Below are positions 24,945 through 37,500 of a stretch of DNA of 64,000 nucleotides, in pieces; the stretch's first letter is position 1; each line of letters opens with the position of its first letter. The stretch is from Macrostomum hystrix. Lineage: Eukaryota; Animalia; Platyhelminthes. Made by a program: the position numbers and the translations under genes. The DNA lies in contig CATNEN010000033.1 in the NCBI GenBank assembly GCA_950097015.1, forward strand, positions 124,001 through 188,000, written 5' to 3'. Below the pieces are notes generated by a model. The model worked only from the letters and a program-made list of their open reading frames with translations. It did no database searches and was not told the DNA's origin.

Positions 24945-26250
24945 ATGACCCCTTCCTCACTGGTCTATTCATGACCATGATCTATCCATGACCCTTTCCT
25001 TACCGATCTATCCATGAGGAACCTTTCCAAACTGATCTATCCATGACCCTTTCCTTACCGATCTATCCATGAGGAACCTTTCCAAACTGATCTATCCATG
25101 ACCCTTTCCTTACCGATCTATCCACATGCAACCTTTCCACACTGATCTATCCATGACCCTTTCCTTACCGATCTATCCACATGCAACCTTTCCACACTGA
25201 TCTATCCATGACCCTTTCCTTACCGATCTATCCACATGGAACCTTTCCACACTGATCTATCCATGACCCTTTCCTTACCGATCTATCCACATGGAACCTT
25301 TCCACACTGATCTATCCATGACCCTTTCCTTACCGATCTATCCATGAGGAACCTTTCCAAACTGATCTATCCATGACCCTTTCCTTACCGATCTATCCAT
25401 GAGGAACCTTTCCAAACTGATCTATCCATGACCCTTTCCTTACCGATCTATCCACATGCAACCTTTCCAAACTGATCTATCCATGACCCTTTCCTTACCG
25501 ATCTATCCACATGGAACCTTTCCAAACTGATCTATCCATGACCCTTTCCTTACCGATCTATCCACATGGAACCTTTCCACACTGATCTATCCATGACCCT
25601 TTCCTTACCGATCTATCCACATGGAACCTTTCCACACTGATCTATCCATGACCCTTTCCTTACCGATCTATCCATGAGGAACCTTTCCAAACTGATCTAT
25701 CCATGACCCTTTCCTTACCGATCTATCCATGAGGAACCTTTCCAAACTGATCTATCCATGACCCTTTCCTTACCGATCTATCCATGAGGAACCTTTCCAC
25801 ACTGATCTATCCATGACCCTTTCCTTACCGATCTATCCATGAGGAACCTTTCCACACTGATCTATCCATGACCCTTTCATTACCGATCTATCCACATGGA
25901 ACCTTTCCACACTGATCTATCCATGACCCTTTCCTTACCGATCTATCCATGAGGAACCTTTCCACACTGATCTATCCATGACCCTTTCCTTACCGATCTA
26001 TCCACATGCAACCTTTCCAAACTGATCTATCCATGACCCTTTCCTTACCGATCTATCCATGAGGAACCTTTCCACACTGATCTATCCATGACCCTTTCCT
26101 TACCGATCTATCCACATGGAACCTTTCCACACTGATCTATCCATGACCCTTTCCTTACCGATCTATCCATGAGGAACCTTTCCACGCTGATCTATCTATG
26201 ACCCTTTCCTTACCGATCTATCCATGAGGAACCTTTCATAACTGATCTAT
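24945..26250. repeat. 55-bp dimeric (27+28 bp) minisatellite
   Basis: TGATCTATCCATGACCCTTTCCTTACC + GATCTATCCATGAGGAACCTTTCCAAAC, about 23 copies. Confidence 0.92.
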
Positions 26251-26819
26251 GATATGCATAAAATATTCATTTAAATAAAATGTAGTCAATTATTTTATAA
26301 AGCGTGAGAAACTGTATTAATGCTCAGGAGACCACTACTTCAGGACAAACGGACAGGCAAAAGTACGGATTGATAAGCAGTTAAGCCTCACACGAGCATA
26401 CCATATTCTTAATGCACTGATAATGGCGCAATCGATTTGCAAGCTGAAAATTCGAGAGAATTAACGATTAGACGGATAAGCACTGTTGTTAATCCGCAGA
26501 ACGGATTTGTTTGATTATTTCCTTGCAACTGAGAAGTCAGACCAGCCATCAACCCCTTAGTCCAGTTAGCGAATGCGTGGGCTGTCTCTGAGTTAGCCTC
26601 ACTTTAGCCATCAGCTTTCAACCTTATTTAGCATTCTCAGGCCTTTTATTTGAGATTAGGGTTTCAAAGCTCATCTAAAGTACTAAACGAAGTGAGCTCA
26701 ATTAGTACTATTAAAGTCAGAAATTTTACAGTGTAAGGTACAATCCATTCCTTTCAGACTATATATCTTAATATTTTTAAGGCTTACATACATAGATTCC
26801 CATTGAGTTACATATTATG

Positions 26820-27012
26820 TACTTTTGTGCAGCTATTATCCGTGACCTCTGAGCACACACTCAAACAGGCGTGCCTCTGTGATTTGCTCTCAAGGGCGTA
26901 AATTGCGTGACACCCCACCGAGCCTTCTCTTCCCAAATTAGCGTGTTCTCGCCGCGGATTCGAGCTCGGGAACTTTGGTGCGAGAGGCAAGCGCGTTTAA
27001 CCGCTCAGCCAC
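26820..27012 (-). mobile_element. tRNA-derived SINE, copy C (related subfamily), probably in the DEG/ENaC 3' UTR
   Basis: Minus strand GTGGCTGAGCGGTTAAACGCGCTTGCCTCTCGCACCAAAGTTCCCGAGCTCGAATCCGCGGCGAG (A/B boxes), then AGAAGGCT...GCAATTTACGCCCTTGAG and GTGTGTGCTCAG, shared with copies A and B. Confidence 0.7.
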
Positions 27013-27156
27013 AATTAGGTTCAGCTTAAGAAAGGTAAGATCGTTCATAGAACAGGGCATTGCGCGACAAGGGAAAAAAATTCATGGGATGCGAGTTTGA
27101 GGATAAGCAAGAGCAAATCCCAATCCAGGTTCTTCATGCTCCCCATGAAGGCGTCC

Positions 27157-30100
27157 TCACTGAACAACTCGATTCCGGCCCTGCCGAATCCACACGAAGT
27201 CGTCGCCACCGTTGGACGCCGCGCCGGCAGCGACTTTTGGCGCAACTCCGCCGCCGTTGTCGCCGCCGTCGCTGCGAACCTCGAGTAGGTCCAGCTTCTC
27301 AGCCAGTCTGTCATCATCTGGAGCCGCGGTTGCTGGCACATCCGAGATGTCTAGGATGCGTTCCCTGCTCGGTTCCGTCTCTGCCTGCAGCTCCGTTTGC
27401 TCCCGAGGCTCCGAGCCGCGGCGGTCGAACATCAGCCGGTAGAGCAGTTCGACGCATTCGACAAAGAAGGCCAGGGTGAGGCCGATGTACATGGAGCAGA
27501 GGCCGCCGATACGACTAAACAGGGCGTTGATTGTGAGCACAATCTTCTCCTGGCGCACCAGGGTGTTGTTCGATTGGCGCTTAACAACGACGTAGGTGAA
27601 GCTATCGTTGAACTGGAATGTCCCCGCACCGCTGGCGTTGAGCAGGCGCGGGTCGGTGATGTTCTCCATGGTGAAGTAGGCCCGCAGCAGCTCCAGGTTG
27701 CGCTTGAACTCGTCCTCTGGCGTCTTCCGCTCCTCCAGGCTGCTCATGTGCGACGCCCACCTCTCCGAGACCTCCTTGATCCAGTGCAGCATCCACTGAG
27801 TGTCGCGCCACTTGGTCACTGAGAGCTCCTTTTCGTAGCTGAGCTGCTGGCAGCGCGGCAGGCACTCGCTGGTCTCCAGGGCCTGTCGAATGCGTCGCTG
27901 GTCGAGGGTGCTGGCGCATGCCGCCCTCTGGTAGATCTTGTCGTCCAGGTGGCCGCAGTACGGATGCGTGTCGTTTGGTGGCGTCACAGTCGGCAGCTCG
28001 ACGTACAGACAGCCGCAGGTGCTGAGGAAGGCCTCCTGGACGCGAGAGTTCAAGCAGAGCTCCTGGTCGTAGGCGTACCTGGTGCGGATTTTGATTGAAA
28101 GATTTCATTCAAGCTGCTGGAGACCTCTTCAAAGCACGCTTTGCTCGAACCAACGAACTTTGTGACAAATTCCTGGATAGGAAACAGACTTCAAACATCA
28201 AGCTTTTCCGTCGATACATGGGCCTGCCAGGCACACCAGCACTACCTTCAACGATTCTTTAGCGAGCGTCTAGGAAGCCGAAAATACTAGTTTGGGGAGC
28301 GTGTAGTTCAGGTAAATAGGTACCAGCATTTGCTGGGGTAAAAATTCGAGTGAGTGTGAGCCGCACACTGACTAGTTGCTTAAGTCCACGGACAGCACAG
28401 ATGTACACATGCCGTTGGTCATAAGCAGGGTAAGGTCTGTTTCCGGTCCGGACGTTTATTTCAGAGGTTCTTGTTTTAAAGCATGGGGATAAAACTGGAC
28501 TCAAGCCGGTCACCACCACCCGCCACTTACTGCTTGCCATGATCGATGAACTTGCGCGAACTGTGCCGCTCGTCCTCGGCGCTGACGCAGGGGTTCTTCG
28601 GCGTGTCGGCGCGCACAAACCGCACCGGCTGGTATTTGATCTCGTTCATCTTGCCGGGCTCAGTCTGGATGCCCTGCTCAAGGATCTACAAGTTGGAGGT
28701 GGGGTTCGGGTCTGCTGGTGGCACTCTGCTCTGTGTAGCAGCCCAAGGGGGCGAGTGATGACGTCACACTTGTCCAGCAATGCCCTTGACGGTACTCGAG
28801 AGCCGAAATATCTACCGAAATGAGAATATAGTTACTCGTGCTTCTTGTACTTTCCTTGATGAATTCTTTTCCGCTCCACCTTCAGTTTCATCTTCCGCCC
28901 CTCCTTCAGTTTCCTCGTCCGCCCCCTCCTTCAGTTTCCTCGTCCGCCCCCTCCTTCAGTTTCAAATTCCGCCCATCCTTCAGTTTTATCTTCCGCCCCT
29001 CCTTCAGTTTTGTCTTCCGCCCCTCTTCCAGTTTTATCTTCAGCCCCTCCTTCAGTTTCATCTTCCGCTCCCTCCTTCAGTTTCCCCTCCTTCAGTTTCA
29101 TCTTCCGCCCCTCTTCCAGTTTCATCTTCCGCCCCTTTTCCAGTTTCATCTTCCGCCCCTCCTTCAGTTTCATTTCCCCCCTCCTTCAGCTTCATTTTCC
29201 GCCCCCTCCTTCAGCTTCATTTTCGCCCCTCCTTCAGTTTCATCTTTCGCCCCCTCCTTCAGTTTCCCCTCCTTCAGTTTCATCTTCCGCCCCCTCCTTC
29301 AGTTTCCCCTCCTTCAGTTTCATCTTTCGCCCCCTCCTTCAGTTTCCCCTCCTTCAGTTTCATCTTTCGCCCCCTCCTTCAGTTTCCCCTCCTTCAGTTT
29401 CATCTTCCGCCCCTCTTCCAGTTTCATCTTCCGCCCCTTTTCCAGTTTCATCTTCCGCCCCTCCTTCAGTTTCATTTCCCCCCTCCTTCAGCTTCATTTT
29501 CCGCCCCTCCTTCAGTTTCATCTTCCGCCCCTCTTTTCAGTTTCATCTTCCGCCCATCCTTCAGTTTCATCTTCCGCCCATCCTTCAGTTTCATCTTCCG
29601 CCCATCCTTCAGTTTCATCTTCCGCCCATCCTTCAGTTTCATCTTCCGCCCCTCCTTCAGTTTCGAGCGCCGCCATTTTTCAGCTTCAGATTACTCCGGT
29701 GGCCCGTATCTGTCCTGCATTTGATTACTGAAGCGACACCAAATCGTCCATTTCGGTATCTCGGCGTGAAGCTTCGCTGAGCAAAATAAATCTAAATAGC
29801 AATGCCAGCCTGAGCTATGAGCACTGATTGCTCAGCTTGCAGTTAAATGAGGCGCACCTTTATTATGGTCAGAAGAGGCAGATGAAATTCTTCACTAGAA
29901 ACTGGCTCGGAATTTATATAGATATTTTTCTGGAAAAGTCAAACACAGGCTATCGCAGATCAATGATATCAATCAAATTCATCTTTTGCAAAGCAGAGCT
30001 AGCACGCCAAAATCTGCTTAATAATAATAGAAATCTGATGCATTCCGTTGAGCATAGTAGTCATTCAATAGAACCTGAAGCTCATTTTGAATCAATCAAT

Positions 30101-33100
30101 TCTAGTATCGATATAAGCCACATTAGTTCAATAATCCGATTTCCCAGATCTTTCACCTATCTCTCAGCTTTCCTGCTCCTTATACGTTCCGGCAAAAGTC
30201 TTATCGTAAAAAATCTTTCAGAGACGATTCCGTGCCATTTGTCTGATTGGATTCGCCAAATTGCTTGCACTTAAGGCTTAGCGTGAACTGCAAGTCGCTT
30301 CGGGCGCCGTTTTCAACTCAGCAATTTTCTGCTCTCGAAAAGCCGGAAGGCATGCAGGCAGGAACACGAGACAGATTTTTTCAAACAACAGAATAAAATG
30401 TTGCCTTAGCTCAGCACTGGCAGGTCTGCATACCTGTAGGCTAGTATTAGCCCCCCCCAAAGCCCACGTCTGTGAGGCAAAGATGAAGCCTGGAAGCTCA
30501 CTAGACAGAAAGTAGGGAGGCTCAGCGAGATGCTGCAGTGTTAAGATGGAGCCAAAAAACCGGTTAGAAAATTGAAGAATCAAAGTGGAAGAAGAGTCAC
30601 TCGTATCTGGCCTAGTTAGCTTCCCCAGCAGCAGCAACAGCAGAAGCAGAGTGGACTCAACCAGAAACTGGAGCTAAGCTAATGGAGCGCCCAGGCTTTC
30701 CCATTTTCGGCATCGATTCTGCCAAATCCCTTTTCCTACCCTGTCTGAGGCCTGAACTGCATGGAGGTTTCTCGCAATCTATCTCTGGTGAGAAGGGAAA
30801 AAAGAAAAATGAAAAAATTTTTGCGCAGAAGTGTGTCTGTGCGTGTGTCTTGTCGCGCGTTTCATCCGGGTAAAAAAATATGAAAGTTTTTTTATTCGCT
30901 TGGAAATAGGATTGCGTTGCTCAGTAACGGAAATGAGCGACTACCTGGAAATATCGATCAGTTCAGTCCTGGATGCTGGATGCGATTCATCGATATGGGT
31001 CAGCTTAAAAAATCATTGTTGGCTAACTAACCGAAATTCAGTTAAAATTAGCAGACAGGTGAGGAAGCAGACAGGTGAGAAAGCAGACAGGTGAGGAAGG
31101 AGACAGGTGGGGAAGCAGACAGGTGAGGAAGCAGACAGGTGAGAAAGCAGACAGGTGAGGAAGGAGACAGGTGGGGAAGCAGACAGGTGAGGAAGCAGAC
31201 AGGTGAGGAAGCAGAAAGGTGAGGAAGCAGACAGGTGAGAAAGCAGACAGGTGAGGAAGGAGACAGGTGAGGAAGCAGACAGGTGAGGAAGGGGACAGGT
31301 GAGGAAGCAGACAGGTGAGGAAGCAGACAGGTGAGGAAACAAACAGGTGAGGAAGGAGACAGGTGAGGAAGGAGACAGGTGAGGAAGGAGACAGGTGAGA
31401 AGCAGACAGGTGAGGAAGGAGACAGGTGAGGAAGGAGACAGGTGGGGAAGGAGACAGGTAAGGAAGGAGACAGGTGAGGAAGGAGACAGGTGAGGAAGCA
31501 GACAGGTGAGGAAGGAGACAGGTGAGGAAGGAGACAGGTGAGGAAGGAGACAGGTGAGGAAGCAGACAGGTGAGGAAGGAGACAGGTGAGGAAGGAGACA
31601 GGTGGGGAAGGAGACAGGTGAGGAAGGAGACAGGTGAGGAAGGAGACAGGTGAGGAAGCAGACAGGTGAGGAAGGAGACAGGTGAGGAAGCAGACAGGTG
31701 AGGAAGCAGACAGGTGAGAAAGCAGACAGGTGAGGAAGGAGACAGGTGGGGAAGCAGACAGGTGAGGAAGGAGACAGGTGAGGAAGGAGACAGGTGAGGA
31801 AGGAGACAGGTTAGGAAGCAGACAGGTGAGGAAGGAGACAGGTGAGGAAGGAGACAGGTGGGGAAGGAGACAGGTGAGGAAGCAGACAGGTGAGGAAGGA
31901 GACGGGTGATGAAGGAGACAGGTGAGTGAGTAGATATTAAAGCATTTAGTCTCACCCTGGGATGGCTGTATGGCTCGTGAATAGACACTCGTAGCCCGTA
32001 AGCTTGCTCGAAGATGTCATATAGGAATCCCTGTCGATGCTTGATGTCGTAGTTTTCCTTGGGTCCGAGCCACATGATGAGCGTCAGACTGTGTACTTCA
32101 GTCAGGCGTTTTTTATCGAACTCGAGTGTAAGACAGTTGAAATAGTTGGGGTGACTGAAGCTAGTCACCTTGATCATGTTATCGTAGCAGCCCTTGGTGC
32201 CTTGCACCTGTTGCGAGTTGTACTTGAATATGCAATCAACGATAGATTTATTTCTCTGGTGTCCAAGGGCAGCGGCCTCCTGTGGCTTCAGATTCTGATA
32301 GTACAGCCTGGACGAGTCCATGAACAGGGTGGCCGCCAGGGCCTTCACGCTGGCTTCAAACTGTTCTCCAAACTTTGCCATCGTATGCTCGTCTGCCACG
32401 CCTTTTCGCACCTTGGCGTAGACATCCGGCATGCTGGGATCCTGCATCAGCTGCTGGCCGCGGTGCCGCAGCCGCCGGTTGAAATCGGTTGGCGACATGA
32501 TGCGACCGGCCGACCACTCGGCGTAGGCGCGCTCCGAGAAGGGCTGGTTGTTACAGATGCTCACGGCGGGGAATGGCGTTGCGTCATCGATGTCTAAATT
32601 GGTCTGGATGTTCACATCGTACTGCAGATAGTCTATGGTCACCTTGAAAGCGCTGTAGAAGAGCAGCGAGGTGGAGGCGAGGACGAAGAGGGCCCAGAGG
32701 CGGCGCAGGAACTGGCTCTGGCTCTTCAGCACCTTGCCAACTCCTCGGATGCTGGTGCTTTCTAGGAAAACGCGCACAATTTCCGAAATGGTGGCGCCCG
32801 CACCGCGGCTGCATCGCTGACTGCGCTCGGCTCTGTGCGGGAAGGGTTGGATAATTACAGTGGCGAATGAAATTTGGTAGGAAATCAGTTTGGGTGGGTT
32901 ATGAGTTAAGTGGGTAATCAGTTAAATTGGTAATCAGTTAAAGTTGTAATCATTTAAATTGGTAATCAATTAAAGTTGTAATCAGTAAAATTTGTGATCA
33001 ATAAGGTTGTAATCAGTTTAATTGGTATTTAGTTAAATAAGTAATAAATTCGATGCGAAATCGGTTTGACTGGCAATAAGAAATGTGGGTAATCAGTTTG

Positions 33101-36100
33101 GCTGGCAGTTAGAAATGTGGGTAATCAGTTTGGCTGGCAGTTAGAAATGTGGGTAATCAGTTTGGCTGGCAAGTTAGAAATGTGGGTAATCAGTTTGGCT
33201 GGCAATTAGAAATGTGGGTAATCAGTTTGGCTGGCAATTAGAAATGTGGGTAATCAGTTTGGCTGGCAATTAGAAATGTGGGTAATCAGTTCGGCTGGCA
33301 GTTAGAAATGTGGGTAATCAGTTTGGCTGGCAATTAGAAATGTGGGTAATCAGTTTGGCTGGCAATTAGAAATGTGGGTAATCAGTTTGGCTGGAAATTA
33401 TAAATGTGGGTAATCAGTTTGGCTGGCAATTAGAAATGTGGGTAATCAGTTTGGCTGGCAGTTAGAAATGTGGGTAATCAGTTTGGCTGGCAATTAGAAA
33501 TGTGGGTAATCAGTTTGGCTGGCAGTTAGAAATGTGGGTAATCAGTTTGGCTGGCAATTAGAAATGTGGGTAATCAGTTCGGCTGGCAATTAGAAATGTG
33601 GGTAATCAGTTTGACTGGCAATTAGAAATGTGGGTAATCAGTTTGGCTGGCAATTAGAAATGTGGGTAATCAGTTTGGCTGGCAGTTAGAAATGTGGGTA
33701 ATCAGTTTGGCTGGCAGTTAGAAATGTGGGTAATCAGTTTGGCTGGCAATTAGAAATGTGGGTAATCAGTTTGGCTGGCAGTTAGAAATGTGGGTAATCA
33801 GTTTGGCTGGCAATTAGAAATGTGGGTAATCAGTTTGGTTGGCAATTATAAATGTGGGTAATCAGTTCGGCTGGCAATTAGAAATGTGGGTAATCATTTC
33901 GGCTGGTAATCTGTTTTGCTAGTTTTCTTTCTGAATGTTCGCTAAGAGTCTCTGAAGTGTATTAGCCGCTGGTGTTGCGTATAAAAGTGTTATCTGCCCA
34001 TTAGAAGGCTTAGATTCAGCTAGGATTGGTGGAAAGTCAGAGTTATTAATTCTGCCACAGCATCGATTAGCCTATGTCCCATCAGGCAATGGTCTCATAA
34101 GGTTTTTTATCATCTCCCATACTTCCAGGCCGCTCCCATAAAAAACTAAATCAATGCCGAATTCGCTCAGTGGCCGATTTGTCTGCAAAATCAGAGTAAA
34201 GAAAGCTTTTTTCTGGCCCTGCCCTGCTTTCAATAGAAATGGCTTAACTAATGAGCCTATAAAGTCTGGCCCCGAGTCATAGAAGTGCCCTTCACCAGGC
34301 TGAAGTTTGTCATTGATGAAGGACCTCTCCGATGCAGATTTACAATGTGGGAAATCTAGCTGCATGCCCTGCATCCATTTCAGCTACGACTTCTGCTTCG
34401 ATTCCAGCTACATCCCCTGCTTTGATTCTAGCTACGAATCATGCTTCGATTCTAGCTACATCCTCTGCTTCGATTCTAGCTACGACTCCTGCTTCGATTC
34501 CAGCTACATCCCCTGCTTCGATTCTAGCTACGACTCCTGCTTCGATTCCAGCTACATCCCCTGCTTCGATTCTAGCTACGAATCCTGCTTCGATTCTAGC
34601 TACATCCTCTGCTTCGATTCTAGCTGCATCCCCTGCTTCGATTCTAGCTGCATCCCCTGCTTCGATTCTAGCTGCATCCCCTGCTTCGATTCTAGCTACG
34701 ACTTCTGCTTCGATTCCAGCTACATCCCCTGCTTTGATTCTAGCTACGAATTCTGCTTCGATTCTAGCTACATCCTCTGCTTCGATTCTTGCTACGACTC
34801 CTGCTTCGATTCCAGCTGCATCCTCTGCTTCGATTCTAGCTACGACTTCTGCTTCGATTCCAGCTACATCCCCTGCTTCGATTCTAGCTACATCCTCTGC
34901 TTCGATTCTAGCTGCATCCCCTGCTTCGATTCTAGCTGCATCCCCTGCTTCGATTCTAGCTGCATCCCCTGCTTCGATTCTAGCTACGACTTCTGCTTTG
35001 ATTCCAGCTACATCCCCTGCTTTGATTCTAGCTACGAATTCTGCTTCGATTCTAGCTACATCCTCTGCTTCGATTCTTGCTACGACTCCTGCTTCGATTC
35101 TAGCTGCATCCCCTGCTTCGATTCTAGCTACGACTCCTGCTTCGATTCCAGCTACATCCCCTGCTTCGATTCTAGCTACGAATCCTGCTTCGATTCTAGC
35201 TACATCCTCTGCTTCGATTCTTGCTACGACTCCTGCTTCGATTCTAGCTGCATCCCCTGCTTCGATTCTAGCTGCATCCCCTGCTTCGATTCTAGCTACG
35301 ACTTCTGCTTCGATTCCAGCTACATCCCCTGCTTTGATTCTAGCTACGAATCCTGCTTCGATTCTAGCTACATCCCCTGCTTCGATTCTAGCTACGAATC
35401 CTGCTTCGATTCTAGCTACATCCTCTGCTTCGATTCTTGCTACGACTCCTGCTTCGATTCTAGCTGCATCCCCTGCTTCGATTCTAGCTGCATCCCCTGC
35501 TTCGATTCTAGCTGCATCCCCTGCTTCGATTCTAGCTACGACTTCTGCTTCGATTCCAGCTACATCCCCTGCTTTGATTCTAGCTACGAATCCTGCTTCG
35601 ATTCTAGCTACATCCTCTGCTTCGATTCTTGCTACGACTCCTGCTTCGATTCTAGCTGCATCCCCTGCTTCGATTCTAGCTACGACTCCTGCTTCGATTC
35701 CAGCTACATCCCCTGCTTCGATTCTAGCTACATCCCCTGCTTCGATTCTAGCTACGACTCCTGCTTCGATTCTAGCTACATCCCCTGCTTTGATTCCAGC
35801 TACATCCCCTGCTTATCAATGCGGAAATTCAAGTGTAATATAATTGCCAGACAGATCAGGTAACGAACAAATTACTAGAGACTGCATCCGGATTCCCATT
35901 GCTAATCTCTCCCATCGGCATTAATAAACTTTGATTAATTTTTCCGAAGGTCGGGAGTCGACACTGGAAGCTACTGTGGCATCTGTCCCACTGTGCAGCA
36001 GCCAACAGGTGGTGCACAGGCCTTCTCGTGCACCTCATCTTCACACATGCCCCTGACACCCAGGCCGAACTACCCCCCAATGCATAGTAGAGAGTTAGAC

Positions 36101-36641
36101 ATTACACATTTAGAACTGAATATGCAACTTATTCGAAAACATACTTGAAGTATAAGACAATACTCACCCCATTGCTCTGTACTGAACTCAAGTAACTCAA
36201 TTCTGAAATGAAAACGTTAATTAGCGAGTTATTTTGTCATCGAATTACCAGATGAAAAATCTGACACCTTTGAGAAAGATGAGACTAGGCAGTAACTGCA
36301 GTACAAACAAATTCCAAATTACAAGTCAGTTCCAGTACACAGTTTGCCAGCAGTGTACTTTGGCCTCACTGTCTCACCCAGTGAATCCACATCCACATTA
36401 CACTACTCACTTCCTTTGGTACTGCATTCCCCTTTGTGTCAACTCTATTCACTCGCTAAGGAGTGAATTCTAGGAAAAGTAGAATTTCCTGCTTCAATCT
36501 GCTCGTCCCATTAGTTCCTCAAAGCTCTGAGACATTGTTAACTGAACCGTAACTCGATCTCCTCTTGGCTCTAAAGATAATGAAGATAATCAAATTACCA
36601 CTTAGGATCTTGCACCTGTTGCTATAGGTGTTTTCTTTCAT
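27157..36641 (-). CDS. DEG/ENaC (ASIC/FaNaC-superfamily) ion channel subunit
   Basis: Exons 36641-36616 (MKENTYSN, phase 2, least certain), 32832-31956 (FLESTSIRG, TM1, FPAVSICN, NCLT, GLRVSIHEPYSHP), 28685-28531 (ILEQGIQTEPG), 28078-27157 (C..C..CGC thumb, CLPRC, TM2 SRIGGLCSMYIGLTLAFFVECVELL). A non-coding upstream exon has its donor at 36777. Confidence 0.9.
28870..29665. repeat. Composite pyrimidine-rich intronic minisatellite
   Basis: Subunits CCTTCAGTTTCATCTTCCGCCC and CCTTCAGTTTCCCCT; source of the low-complexity ORFs at 28780-29780. Confidence 0.9.
31053..31925. repeat. 16-bp intronic minisatellite
   Basis: Unit ACAGGTGAGGAAG(C/G)AG, about 54 copies. It forms the spurious tail of ORF 31038..32777 beyond the donor at 31955. 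Confidence 0.93.
32880..33905. repeat. 32-bp intronic minisatellite with a degenerate GTAATCAGTT leader
   Basis: Unit GGGTAATCAGTTTGGCTGGCAATTAGAAATGT from about 33080; degenerate precursors from 32880. Confidence 0.92.
34385..35812. repeat. 24-bp intronic minisatellite
   Basis: Unit CTGCTTCGATTCTAGCTAC(ATCCC/GACTC), about 59 copies; source of ORFs 34307..35863 and 34332..35843. Confidence 0.93.
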
Positions 36642-36914
36642 CTGAACACAAAAAACTAAACTACGATTTCCCTTTTGTCCTCTCCGTTGTGAACAAACTC
36701 TGTTTTATTATTTGCCGTTTATCCCACGCCATGCACTGTTATCAGGTTGAGTGAATGACAGATTACAGTTTACTCACCTACCACTGTCACTGGCTGGACT
36801 TGCGCAGGTGTACGAGTAATAGCTGATAAGGCGGCTCTGCTACCCAAGCCACTGCAGCGACTGTGTTTTTCTATGAAAATCTGCTGACTCAACTGACTAG
36901 ATAATTCGGCAGGT

Positions 36915-36970
36915 GAGTGCTGATTGGTCGAAGGCTCAGCTATCAGCCTCCTTGCTATTGGCTGCCACGT
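36915..36970 (-). promoter_or_regulatory. CCAAT boxes upstream of the DEG/ENaC first exon
   Basis: GATTGGT and CTATTGGCTG on the plus strand (CCAAT on the gene strand), about 140-190 bp beyond the non-coding exon donor at 36777. Confidence 0.45.
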
Positions 36971-37039
36971 CTGCGAGTTGGACAGAAACGATGCGCCATT
37001 GGAAGCAGCTGTTTAGGGCCAGATTAGATGTGGAAAAAA

Positions 37040-37500
37040 TCTCTCTTGAGAATCACTCCCCTGAGAATCTCTCCCAATGAGAATCTCTCCCATGAGAATC
37101 TCTCTCTTTCGAGTTTCTCCCTTGAGAATCTCTCCCCTGAGAATCTCTCCCTTGAGAATCTCTCCCCTGAGAATCTCTCCCCTGAGAATCTCTCCCTTGA
37201 GAATCTCTCCCCTGAGAATCTCTCCCTTAAGAATCTCTCCCTGGAGAATCTCTCCCCTGAGAATCTCTCCCTTGAGAATATCTCCCCTGAGAATTTCTCC
37301 CTTGAGAATCGCTCCTCTGAGAATCTCTCCCCTGAGAATCTCTCCCCCAGGTGTCTCTCCCACGAGAGACTCTTCCCATGGGAATCTACCCTCTGAGAAT
37401 CTCTCACCTGATAATATCTCTCCTGAGAGTCTCCTACCTGAGAGTCTCCTACCTGAGAGTCTCGTATCTCTTACCTGAGAATCTCACTCTTGAGCAACTC
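37040..37500. repeat. 15-bp minisatellite
   Basis: Unit GAGAATCTCTCCC(C/T)T; source of four overlapping repetitive ORFs. Confidence 0.9.

Noticed and set aside
28780-29780. Pro/Ser/Phe-rich ORFs
   Set aside because: Translations of an intronic pyrimidine-rich repeat on the strand opposite the host gene.
29800-31040. Several 60-150-aa ORFs in the DEG/ENaC intron
   Set aside because: No domain similarity recognised and inconsistent strands; possibly a decayed TE but unsupported.
32584-32814. ATG at 32814 as the DEG/ENaC start, implying a frameshift
   Set aside because: An upstream 26-nt exon (36641-36616) supplies an in-frame ATG with the correct phase, so no frameshift is needed.
37013-37478. 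Pentapeptide-repeat-like ORFs (ENLSP/GEILR)
   Set aside because: A 15-bp minisatellite open in several frames, with no splice or start context; Pro is incompatible with the pentapeptide fold.
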